A DNA stretch of 64,000 bases from Acidobacteriota bacterium (GTDB lineage Bacteria; Acidobacteriota; UBA890; WLXD01), in assembly GCA_963666215.2 (NCBI GenBank), contig CAXWPL010000002.1, positions 352,001 through 416,000 of the forward strand. Direction: 5' to 3'. Shown here in pieces: positions 28,278 to 37,432 of this stretch. Position numbers and translations under genes: made by a program. Numbering within the stretch: the first letter of the stretch is position 1; each line of letters starts with the position of its first letter. The notes under the pieces are model-generated. The model did no database searches. It was not told the origin of the DNA and was given only the letters and a program-made list of their open reading frames with translations.

Positions 28278-29948
28278 ATGAAGCGAACCCTGTGGTTCTC
28301 AGTGATCCTGGCCGGTGTTGTTGTGCTCGCCGGCGTGTGGAGAGGCGCAGAGTCCGTGGACGCCGCAGGATCCCTGAGCGCGCAGGAGGCCTGGCAGGAA
28401 CCCCTCGAGGAGACGCAGGTGGAGCTGTGCTGCGACAGCGATCCGACCGTGCATGTGTCTCCCGGCCGCGGGCGGAGCCCGGAGGAGTTCCGCAAGCGCA
28501 CGCCGTTCAGCAGCGACGAGCTGGCGCGACTTAAGGCTGCTGCGCTTTCCTCCGACGCTGTGCCTCGAGCCGAAGACCTGCTCGACATGGCGAGCGCGCC
28601 CGCGTCGATGGCGGCGTTGTCGCCACGACTTCTGCGTAATTTCGACGGCCTCAATCAGCAGAGCGGTGGCGGTTTCTTCCCGCCCGACACGGTCGTCTCG
28701 GTGGGCCCCCAGCACGTGCTCGAAGCCACGAATGTGGCGCTGCGGCTGTCGACTCGGTCGAACCTGAATCCGATCGTCCAGACGATCCAGGCCCACTTCG
28801 CGATCAGCGGCGCCAACAAGGTCGTCACCGACCCCAAGGTCTTCTACGACGCCCGCTCCGAGCGCTTCTTCATGATGGTGCTGGTGATCGACCACACCAC
28901 GAACCAGTCGTTCGCTTACTTCGCGATCTCACGCAGTCCGACTCCGGACACGCTCGATGCGCCGACCGACTGGTGCAACTACCGAGTCACGACACACCGC
29001 AACCAGTCGTGGGGCGACTTCCCGGGCTTCGGAATGAACGACTCGTGGATTGCCATCACCACCAACAACTTCACCTTCGAGGACAGTGACTTCGTTCGCG
29101 CATTCCTGGTGGCTATCGAGAAGCCGCGACTGGTCGACAACGCGGCGCGTTGCCCACAAGCGGTCAAGGCGTTCCGCTATGCGTTCGCCGACGATGAGGA
29201 CGGTCTCACGCCGTTCACCGTGCAACCAGCGCGCCACTACGACTCGACGGGATTCGACGGCGATCCGCTATACCTGGTGAGCTCGCAGCTTTTTTTCAGC
29301 TCCGACCGCTACGCGTTCTGGCAGCTTCGGAGTGGCAAATCTCGCAAGCCGCAGCTGCGACGCACGACCGTTACGGGGGAGCTGTATTCGGTGCCACCCG
29401 ACGCGGCCCAAGCCGAGGGGGGACTGTTGTCGACCAGCGTTCAAGATGTGCTGTCCGTGGCATCCCGCAACGGCCAGCTTTGGGCCACCCACACGACGGG
29501 GTGCGAGATCGGTGGCGGCAGCAACGAAGCCTGCGTGCGGGTGGTGCAGTTCACCCCGGTGGCCGGCATCACGCCGGCGGCTTCGATCGACTACACCGCG
29601 ACGTTGCGCAATGGGCCCGACAGTTTCCTGTTTCACCCCTCTGTGGCCATCAGCAAGCGCGGCGACGTGGTTGTGGTGTTCCAGCGCAGCAAAGCGAGCA
29701 CCTTCCTTGGTAGCGCGTTCACTGGCAGACGTTTCGATCTCCGGCAGTTCGGCCCGGTGCGCTCGCTTCGCGAGGGCACCTGCCGTCTGGTGAACAACGC
29801 TGGGGGTGGCGTGGGCTCGTCGCAGCGGACCGGTGATTACACCGGCGCCCAGGCCGATCCGAACGACTCGCGCGGATTCTGGCTGGCCGGAGAGCACAGC
29901 GTTGCGTCCTGTGCGTGGGGGACGCGTGTTGCCCGAGTGCGGTACTGA
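28278..29948 (+). CDS. Secreted beta-rich hypothetical protein (possible propeller)
   Basis: Signal peptide; PPDT..VGPQH, DPKVFYD..SERF, WGDFPGFG, HPSVAI, RTGDY. Confidence 0.75.
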   Translation: MKRTLWFSVILAGVVVLAGVWRGAESVDAAGSLSAQEAWQEPLEETQVELCCDSDPTVHVSPGRGRSPEEFRKRTPFSSDELARLKAAALSSDAVPRAEDLLDMASAPASMAALSPRLLRNFDGLNQQSGGGFFPPDTVVSVGPQHVLEATNVALRLSTRSNLNPIVQTIQAHFAISGANKVVTDPKVFYDARSERFFMMVLVIDHTTNQSFAYFAISRSPTPDTLDAPTDWCNYRVTTHRNQSWGDFPGFGMNDSWIAITTNNFTFEDSDFVRAFLVAIEKPRLVDNAARCPQAVKAFRYAFADDEDGLTPFTVQPARHYDSTGFDGDPLYLVSSQLFFSSDRYAFWQLRSGKSRKPQLRRTTVTGELYSVPPDAAQAEGGLLSTSVQDVLSVASRNGQLWATHTTGCEIGGGSNEACVRVVQFTPVAGITPAASIDYTATLRNGPDSFLFHPSVAISKRGDVVVVFQRSKASTFLGSAFTGRRFDLRQFGPVRSLREGTCRLVNNAGGGVGSSQRTGDYTGAQADPNDSRGFWLAGEHSVASCAWGTRVARVRY

Positions 29949-30088
29949 TAAGGGCGATCGTAGGACCCGGATCGCCCAGCCGCGAGTGCCAACACGGATT
30001 GTCAGGCATCCTGCCGGATCCCGCCATTCCACAACCTCAGGCAAGTCTGAACACACGGAATGATCTTCCCCGCTTCGTCAAGACTCCC

Positions 30089-31567
30089 ATGAGCGCGCAT
30101 GTGAACCGCAGCGGTATCAGGCTCGTTCTCGGCCTCGCTCTCGTCTGCGCCGGGCTGTTTCTGTGTTCGGCGTGCGCTGGCTCAGAGGAGGGGAGCGCGC
30201 CTGCGTCGTCGGCCGCTCTCGGGGAGATCGATCGCCTCGTGCTCGTGACCTTCGACACGCTCCGGGCAGACCATGTGTCGGCGTACGGTTATCCGCTCGC
30301 CACCACGCCGTTTCTCGATTCGATGGCTGAAAGCGGCGTGCAGTTCAGGCGTGCCTTCGCACATTCCGCAGCCACCAAGCCGTCGCACTCCTCGATCTTC
30401 ACCTCGCTGTATCCGCTGCAGCATCGCGTGCGCAGCAACGCGCTGGTGCTCGACGAAGAGTTCGTCACGCTGGCCGAGATTCTGCGCGACGGTGGCTACA
30501 AGACAGCGGCGTTTCTGAGCATCGACGCACCCGTGGGTGGGCAGCTCGGGCAAGGATTCGAGACCTATGACGTGGAGGAGCGCGACCTCACAGTCGACGG
30601 CGCGCGGAAGGAATATCGGCACGCCGGCGAGACCATCGACGCTGCGCTGGCGTGGCTCGAAACGGTCGATCCCGATGAGCTTTTGTTCCTCTGGATTCAC
30701 GTCTACGATCCGCACAAGCCGCTGCGGCCGCCAGCCGGCCACTTCGCGACGATCAGCGTCGAGATCGAGCGCTTCGGGCCGCAAAATTTCCGCGAGCTGT
30801 TGCAGTCGCAGGGCATCGGTCCATTGAGCGACCGTGCCGTTGCCGACGTCGTCGACTACGACGCCGAGGTGCACTACGCAGACGCCGAGGTTGGGCGCCT
30901 GTATCGCGAGATGGAGGCGATGGGGCTGCAGGAAGAAACCCTCTGGGTGCTGACCTCGGACCACGGCCAGGGGCTCGGCTCGCACGGATGGTTTGGCCAC
31001 GGCAAGCAGATCTACAACTCCCAGCTGCAGGTGCCGCTGATCTTCCACACGCCCGACGGCACATTGGCTCCACGTCTGATCGAGACGCAGGTTGCTGAGC
31101 ACGTCGATCTGTTGCCGACAATCGTCGAGCTGCTCGGTGTGCCCGAAGCGGGCACCGCAGCCGTCGCCCAGCCGCTGCCGATGCAGGGCTCGTCGCTCGT
31201 GCCGTTCTTGCTCGGGCGGCGTCACGACGCCCCCAAGTGGTTCTCGTTCGGCGAGCGCAGCCGCTACATCGACGACAAGCCTCGCCAGCAGGATCGGCCC
31301 AACTACGAGGGCGGCTTCCGTTATTCGTTACAGGACCGCGAGTACAAGTACCTGCTGTTCACCGAGGGCCCCGACGAGTTCTACGACCTGCTCGCCGATC
31401 CGTACGAGGAGCACAACCTGATCGACTCTTTCGAGCACGCTGACAAGCGCGACCAGATGAGCTCGGTGCTCGCCGACATGGTCGCCAGTCTTACCAGCGA
31501 GGGGCAGGCGACATCCGTGTCGGCCGAAGACGTTGAGCGGCTCAGGAGCCTGGGCTACATCCAGTAG
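30089..31567 (+). CDS. Sulfatase-like lipoprotein with Thr at the nucleophile position and C-terminal LGY tail
   Basis: DTLRADH, ATKPSHSSIFTSLYP, HVYDPH, TSDHGQ, VPLI, YDLLADPYE, ERLRSLGYIQ*. Confidence 0.9.
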   Translation: MSAHVNRSGIRLVLGLALVCAGLFLCSACAGSEEGSAPASSAALGEIDRLVLVTFDTLRADHVSAYGYPLATTPFLDSMAESGVQFRRAFAHSAATKPSHSSIFTSLYPLQHRVRSNALVLDEEFVTLAEILRDGGYKTAAFLSIDAPVGGQLGQGFETYDVEERDLTVDGARKEYRHAGETIDAALAWLETVDPDELLFLWIHVYDPHKPLRPPAGHFATISVEIERFGPQNFRELLQSQGIGPLSDRAVADVVDYDAEVHYADAEVGRLYREMEAMGLQEETLWVLTSDHGQGLGSHGWFGHGKQIYNSQLQVPLIFHTPDGTLAPRLIETQVAEHVDLLPTIVELLGVPEAGTAAVAQPLPMQGSSLVPFLLGRRHDAPKWFSFGERSRYIDDKPRQQDRPNYEGGFRYSLQDREYKYLLFTEGPDEFYDLLADPYEEHNLIDSFEHADKRDQMSSVLADMVASLTSEGQATSVSAEDVERLRSLGYIQ

Positions 31568-31670
31568 CCCGTCCGCCGGCGTCGCGGACCAAGGGTGCAG
31601 GCGAGTTCGCCGCAGCCACGTGGCATAATCGCTCCCGCCGGGTCGTCCGAACGCTTGTCTTGGGGGTGCT

Positions 31671-33026
31671 ATGCATCGAAGGGGAATACCATCCGTTGCC
31701 AGTGCGACGCGCGCGCTGGTCGTGGTCGCGATTACCGTCTTGCTGACCGGCAGCCTGCCAGCCGGCGCCACCACGTACATCATGATGTCCGATGAGGACC
31801 TCGCCGACAGCTCGCCGGTTGTTGTGCGCGCACGCGTGCTCGACGCGCAGCCGTCGCCGACTGGACGTCCCTACACCGACTATCGACTCCAGGTCGAGCG
31901 CGTGGCGAAGGGTCGCGTCGCTGCCGATGCGCGGATCGTTATCAGCGTGCTCGGCGGCGGAACGCCAAGTCTACCGCAGCTGGCGGTTTGGGGCGAGCCG
32001 AGGTTCGAGGTGGGCGAGGACACGCTTCTGTTCCTGGCACCCGGCACGGCCGGGACTCCGGGCGCCTGGCAGGTGAATCACTTCGCGCTCGGCGCCTTCC
32101 GTGTGCATGAGCTCGGTGGTGTCTCGATGGCGCTGCGTTCCCTCGGCGAGATCGACGAGGTCGATAAGCCGGGCGGCGGTGAGCGCGTTGTCAGCGTGCA
32201 GCGCGCCCACCACCCTCGTGATCTGGACCGTTTCATGACCTGGGTCAAGGCGCGGAACGCCGGTGTGGACCTGCCGCAGGACTACTTCCTGGATCCGGCC
32301 GACGGAACGATGCGCAACGCCCACGACGGGTACGCTTTGCTTCTTGCCCCGTCGGGCACCCGTATCCGGTGGCCGAACTTCGACTTTGCCGCGGGAGCAC
32401 GGGTGGTGCGCTGGTTCATCGCGCGCACCCAAGCTGGCTTCCCTGGCGGTGGCCGCATCGACTTCAACCAGTCGATCAAGAAATGGGACAAGCTGAAGAA
32501 GGGCGCCATCATCGAGTATCGCGCTCCAGCGAAGCGGCGTAACGCCTTCACCTCGGGCTTCACTGCCTTCGATGGCAACAATACGATTCTGATGAACGAC
32601 CCGAACGGCGAGATTGCCAATCTGGTTGGCTGCACGGGCACGCTGGCGATTGGCGGGCCGTGGTTCATCGACGCTATCGAGCCGGAGGCCGCGAGCGGTG
32701 AGTTCCAAGCCGCGTCTGTCGGCAACTCACATCGCAAGCGGGGCAAGATCTTCCGCAACACCGTTAGTGCCGACATCATCAGCAACAATGGCCTCAAATG
32801 TTTCTACAACGCCAGTCCCAACAAGCGTAAGCATGCTCGGCAGCTCTACATGCACGAGCTCGGCCACACGTTGGGCCTGGGGCATTCGCTGGTCACGGTC
32901 GCCCTGATGTTCCCCAGCATCAGCCCGATCCCGAAAGACGTCATCAAGCCAGACGACTCGAAGGGCATCCGAATCAACGGCGGGATGCGCTACACGGAGG
33001 CCGGCGTGGCCTACAAAGCCCTGTAG
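31671..33026 (+). CDS. Secreted matrixin-type (metzincin) metalloprotease, paralog 1
   Basis: Signal peptide, HELGHTLGLGH, Met-turn ALMFP. Confidence 0.88.
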   Translation: MHRRGIPSVASATRALVVVAITVLLTGSLPAGATTYIMMSDEDLADSSPVVVRARVLDAQPSPTGRPYTDYRLQVERVAKGRVAADARIVISVLGGGTPSLPQLAVWGEPRFEVGEDTLLFLAPGTAGTPGAWQVNHFALGAFRVHELGGVSMALRSLGEIDEVDKPGGGERVVSVQRAHHPRDLDRFMTWVKARNAGVDLPQDYFLDPADGTMRNAHDGYALLLAPSGTRIRWPNFDFAAGARVVRWFIARTQAGFPGGGRIDFNQSIKKWDKLKKGAIIEYRAPAKRRNAFTSGFTAFDGNNTILMNDPNGEIANLVGCTGTLAIGGPWFIDAIEPEAASGEFQAASVGNSHRKRGKIFRNTVSADIISNNGLKCFYNASPNKRKHARQLYMHELGHTLGLGHSLVTVALMFPSISPIPKDVIKPDDSKGIRINGGMRYTEAGVAYKAL

Positions 33027-33050
33027 CCGCTAGCCTGCATCCGAGACGTA

Positions 33051-33092
33051 GCACCACGGCCCCGGGCTGCACGCGGCTCGGGGCCGTGGTGC
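33051..33092 (+). terminator. GC-rich hairpin after protease 1 (no U tract)
   Basis: GCACCACGGCCCCGGGC..GCTCGGGGCCGTGGTGC. Confidence 0.45.
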
Positions 33093-33418
33093 GTCAAGGC
33101 CGGCCTCGCGCGCCGCGCGCATCTCAACCCGGGTCGTGACGCGGGCAAGTTGAACCGCTCTGCAGGCGGGCGCTGCGCTCGCGGTGCGCACTGCCCCGCG
33201 GTGCGCACTGCGCCACAGGCGCCGCTCGGTGCGGCTCGGGGCCTCTCGAGGCCCCCGAAGCCTCTTCTCGTTGGCGATTGTCGTGGGCGGTCCACCGATG
33301 TCCGTGCGTGGCTTAGCAAATCCATCCACAGCAGATCAGAAGTGACTTTAAACAAGCAATACTGTTCCATAGTGGCCCACGAACGCCGTCAATACCTGTT
33401 GCGGATCTGGGGGGCATC

Positions 33419-34771
33419 ATGGATCGAAGACGAACATCACGCGCCGCCACTTCTCTGCGAGCGCTGGCGACAATCGCCGGCCTGTCTCTGATCGTGGGAA
33501 ACCTGGCAGTGGGCGCGACGACGTACGTGATGGTGTCGGACGAGGATCTGGTCGACAGCTCTTCGGTTGTTGTGCGCGCCCGCGTGCTCGACAAACAACC
33601 GGCGCCCGACGGGAGTCCCTACACCGACTATCGGATGCAGGTGGATCGCGTGGCGAAGGGCAGGATCGCTTCCAGCGCACGTATCGTGATCAGCGTTCTC
33701 GGTGGCGGGACTGCTGGACGACCGCAGTTGGCCCTGTGGGGTGTGCCGGAGTTCGACGTTGGCGAGGAGACGTTGCTGTTCCTCTCGGGGAGGTCGGGCA
33801 GCTCTTCGGGGTCTCGAGGCGCATGGCAGGTGAATCACCTGGCCCTGGGCGCGTTCCAGGTGCACGACATCGGTGGCTCGAAGGTCGCGCTCCGCGCTCT
33901 CGCCGAGATCGACGAGATCGAGAACTCCGATGCGCGAGAGCGGCCGATGAGTGTGCAGCGGGCTCACCACCCACGGGACGCCGATCTCTTCATGGGCTGG
34001 ATCAGGGCTCGCGAGGCTGGCGTGGACTTGCCGCAGACGTATTTTCTCGAGCCTTCGGACGGTCTGCTGCGGAACATCCACGACGGGTTCACGACTTCGC
34101 GTAGCGCGTCTAACTATCGCCTCCGCTGGCCAGACTTCGATCTTCAGCGAACCGTGCCGTGGAACGTTGCGGGCTATCAGGCCGGGTTGCCTGCCGGCGG
34201 GCGGTCCGACTTCAACCAGGCGCTTCGCAAGTGGGATCAGCTCGCCAAGGCGATCATCGACTACCGCGGCCCTGCCGTACGAAACAACGCGTTGGCGAGC
34301 GGATTCACCCGCTCGGACGGCAGGAACACGCTCCTGTTCAACGATCCGAACGGCAGGATCCCTGACCTGGTGAACTGCACAGGAGCTGTGGCCGTCGGCG
34401 GTCCGTGGTACGCGGATACGTCCGCGTCGGGGTGGTCCCATACCAAGCGCCGGATGATGTTCCGCAGTATCGTCGAGGCCGACATCATCAGCAACAACGG
34501 GCTGGGTTGCTGGCTCAAGAACAGCCCGAACACGCGGAAGCACGCCCGCCAGGTCTACATGCACGAGCTTGGCCACACCCTGGGCTTGGGTCATTCGTGT
34601 GGCGATTCCAAAAGTGGCTCGTGCAACACGAAGGCAAAGGACAACGCGTTGATGCGCGCCTACCTCTCCAAAGTGCCTGCCGACGTGATCCGACCCGACG
34701 ATTCGAGAGGTGCGCGACTCAACGGTGGGCTGCGCTACAACCGGCGCGGTGTGGGCTTCGTGAGCTTGTAG
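33419..34771 (+). CDS. Secreted matrixin-type metalloprotease, paralog 2
   Basis: Same architecture; HELGHTLGLGHSCGD, NALMRA. Confidence 0.88.
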   Translation: MDRRRTSRAATSLRALATIAGLSLIVGNLAVGATTYVMVSDEDLVDSSSVVVRARVLDKQPAPDGSPYTDYRMQVDRVAKGRIASSARIVISVLGGGTAGRPQLALWGVPEFDVGEETLLFLSGRSGSSSGSRGAWQVNHLALGAFQVHDIGGSKVALRALAEIDEIENSDARERPMSVQRAHHPRDADLFMGWIRAREAGVDLPQTYFLEPSDGLLRNIHDGFTTSRSASNYRLRWPDFDLQRTVPWNVAGYQAGLPAGGRSDFNQALRKWDQLAKAIIDYRGPAVRNNALASGFTRSDGRNTLLFNDPNGRIPDLVNCTGAVAVGGPWYADTSASGWSHTKRRMMFRSIVEADIISNNGLGCWLKNSPNTRKHARQVYMHELGHTLGLGHSCGDSKSGSCNTKAKDNALMRAYLSKVPADVIRPDDSRGARLNGGLRYNRRGVGFVSL

Positions 34772-34962
34772 GTGGCGACGTAGGTCCGCGGGTGTCCGTC
34801 GTTGTCAAGCAGCTTCGCCAGGGGTACGTCGCTTGGCTTCGAGCCGGTGCCACGATCGCCGCTCGTGCGAGACGTTGCCTGGTTGCCGTCGGGCTCCCCG
34901 AGGACCTGAGCGGGTGACGGACTCGATCCATCTCCGGGTGCCGAAGGTGGCCGTGGTCTGCA

Positions 34963-36298
34963 ATGAGTCAGCGATCCTCTCTTGTTGTCCTGGGCGTTTT
35001 GACCGCTTGTATCGTGCTCGCCGTCCTGACGGGGGGAATGCCGGCGGCGGCCACGACGTACGTCATGATGTCGGACGAAGACCTGGCGGACAGCTCGCCG
35101 GTTGTGGTCCGTGCGCGCGTCCTGGACAAGCAGCCGGCGCCAGATGGGCGTCCGTACACCGACTACCGCCTGCAGGTTGAGCGCGTTGCCAAGGGTCGGA
35201 TCGCCGTCGACACGCAGATCGTAGTCAGCGTCCTCGGCGCGGGGGTGCCGGGTCGGCCGCAGCTCTCGTTGTGGGGCGTGCCGGAGTTCGAGCCAGGCGA
35301 GGAGACGTTGCTGTTTCTCGACGGCTCCTCGGCTGGTACGCCAGGCTCATGGCAGGTGAACCACCTGGCCCTCGGGGCGTTCCGTGTTCTCGACATCGGT
35401 GGAGTGCAACTCGCCCTACGCGCCCTGGGAGAGATCAACGAGGTGGAACATCCCGATGCGGGCGACAGGCCCATGAGCGTTCGGCGCGCCCACCATCCGC
35501 GCGATCTCGATCGGGTCATGGGTTGGATCAAGGCGCGAGATGCAGGCGTTGATCTGCCACAGGACTACTTTCTCGAACCGGCGGAAGGTCTCGCGCGAAA
35601 CGCCCACGACGGGTACACCACCTTGAGCACGGCCTCCAGCTATCGCGTCCGGTGGCCGGACTTCGATCGCGGCAGCATTCTCGTTTGGTTTATCGCTCGC
35701 AACCAACCTGGCCTGCCGGACGGCGGACACAGAGCCTTCAACCAGGCACTGAACAGGTGGGACGATCTTGCCAATGCGATCATCGACGTGTGGACGCCGG
35801 CCCCAAGGAACGACTCGCTGGTGTCGGGTTTCTCGGCCAGCGACGGAAACAACACGCTCCTGATGAACGATCCCAACCACAGGATCCCCGATCTGGTGAA
35901 CTGTACTGGAGCGCTGGCCGTCGGCGGCCCCCTGGCACGTTGACTCGGAGGCGGCAGGGTGGTCGCACATCAAGCGCGGCATGATGTTCCGCAATATCGT
36001 AGAGGCCGACATCGTCAGCAACAACGGAATCGCCTGCTGGTTCAGGCAGAGTTCGAAGAAGTGGATGCATGCGCGGCAGCTCTACATGCACGAGCTCGGC
36101 CACACGTTGGGGCTCGGGCACTCGTGTGGTGATTCGGCTAGCGGGCCGTGTGACACGAGGTCGGAGAGCAACGCGCTGATGCGGGCGTCGACCTCGAAGA
36201 CTCCCTCCGACGTGATCCGAGCGGACGACTCGAGAGGGGTGCGATTCAACGACGGGCTGCGCTATACCCGTCGCGGCGTCGGATTCATCGATCGCTAG
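34963..36298 (+). pseudogene. Matrixin-type metalloprotease paralog 3, split by a +1 frameshift
   Basis: Removing one C from the C5 run at 35928-35932 gives GGPWHVDSEAAGWSHIKRGMMFRN, collinear with paralog 2; may be a sequencing error. Confidence 0.8.
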
Positions 36299-37119
36299 AT
36301 CGTGACGCCGAACCGGCCCTTGAGCGCGAAGGCGATGACGATCGTCAGAATGAAGAAGACGATCAGCCAGTGCGTCTCGAAGCCGAACAGGCCGACCTCT
36401 CGGTCGGGGTAGTCGACGCTGATCGAGGTCACCGACGAGTCGGCGGGTAGTGACGGCTCGGCCGGATAGAGCAGCTGATCGACGAACCGCGGTGCCAGCC
36501 GATCGGGCGAACGTCGAACGACGTTGTTGCCGACATCGATGGTCTTGGTCACCGTCTCACCGCCGATGCGTATCGGGAGCTCGTAGCTGCCCGGCTGGCT
36601 GGCCACGATACGGAAGGCGAGCTCACGTACGGCGGGAAACCAGGAGATGCTGCTGTCGGCGCCGAGCCCCTCCGGGAAGTCGACCTCCACGTCGGGACGC
36701 GTGCTGCCGGCCGACTCCGCCACGGTGATCTTCATCAGCACCGGCTCGCCAACCTTCAATCCCTCGTAGCCGTAGTGGAACTGCAGCTGCGCAATCACCA
36801 GCACAAACGGCAGCATCATCCAGAACATCGGGATGAGGTTGAGACGCATGTAGTTGAGGTTGTGCCTCAGGATGTCCCACTGGGCCCGGAAGATGGCGCG
36901 GATGTCATCGTTGAACAGGCGGATCTCGAACAACCCCGCGGCGATCTTGGCCTTTACGGCGGTGACCGCGTCCTGATTCGACGTTGCCTTGTAGCCCAGC
37001 AGCATGCCGATCGAGGCGATCACCGACACCACGCCGAGGCCGACCATTGGATGCAGCCCCCGGAAAGGCAGCAGTAGCAGGTCAAAGAGCGTGCGTAGGA
37101 GGCTGTTCAAGAGAGACAT
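36295..37119 (-). CDS. Three-TM membrane protein resembling DUF106/EMC3/TMCO1 (Oxa1 superfamily)
   Basis: N-terminal amphipathic helix, TM1, helical hairpin (SNQDAV..KAKI..RAQWDILRHN), Met/Pro-rich TM2 (LIPMFWMMLPF), beta-rich loop, TM3 starting HWLIVFF; family call from topology only. Confidence 0.6.
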   Translation of the reverse strand: MSLLNSLLRTLFDLLLLPFRGLHPMVGLGVVSVIASIGMLLGYKATSNQDAVTAVKAKIAAGLFEIRLFNDDIRAIFRAQWDILRHNLNYMRLNLIPMFWMMLPFVLVIAQLQFHYGYEGLKVGEPVLMKITVAESAGSTRPDVEVDFPEGLGADSSISWFPAVRELAFRIVASQPGSYELPIRIGGETVTKTIDVGNNVVRRSPDRLAPRFVDQLLYPAEPSLPADSSVTSISVDYPDREVGLFGFETHWLIVFFILTIVIAFALKGRFGVTI

Positions 37120-37155
37120 TCGTTCAGATACCGTGGATACCGTTCGGATGGGTGA

Positions 37156-37419
37156 GATCTCCCTTATTACTTGAGATCGAAGCGACGGGCGGCTCTGAGG
37201 AGCTAGGAAATGTAGCCCAGGCCCTGAAGCTTCTTGCGGATGTCGTCCTCTGAGTCGGCCTCCTCGAGAACCGCGAGCTCCTTTTCGAGCGCGTGCGTGA
37301 TGAACTCTTCGACCGACGAGTAGCCGGCGATGTTGGCGTACTTCTTCACCTTCGCGATGAGGTCCTTGTCGAGCTTGACCCTGCCGCCTCCGAACATGAT
37401 GTGATCTCCCTTATTACTT
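37156..37419 (-). repeat. Identical 17-bp direct repeat AAGTAATAAGGGAGATC (37156-37172, 37403-37419)
   Basis: Direct reading; the copies flank the 64-aa gene. Confidence 0.9.
37203..37397 (-). CDS. 64-aa RHH/CopG-like protein with LGY tail
   Basis: RVKLDKDLIAKVKKYA..GYSSVEEFITHALEKEL, then SEDDIRKKLQGLGYIS*; strong RBS. Confidence 0.85.
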   Translation of the reverse strand: MFGGGRVKLDKDLIAKVKKYANIAGYSSVEEFITHALEKELAVLEEADSEDDIRKKLQGLGYIS

Positions 37420-37432
37420 TCGCGCTAGTCAA

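Noticed and set aside
33181-33214. 17-bp tandem duplication GCGGTGCGCACTGC(C/G)CC between proteases; also the 9-bp repeat near 39440 and the ssb Gly-linker repeats
   Set aside because: Two to three copies in low-complexity or linker DNA, consistent with ordinary slippage
37203-37397. RHH proteins as toxin-antitoxin antitoxins
   Set aside because: No adjacent toxin-like ORF; both carry the LGY tail and sit within the sulfate cluster
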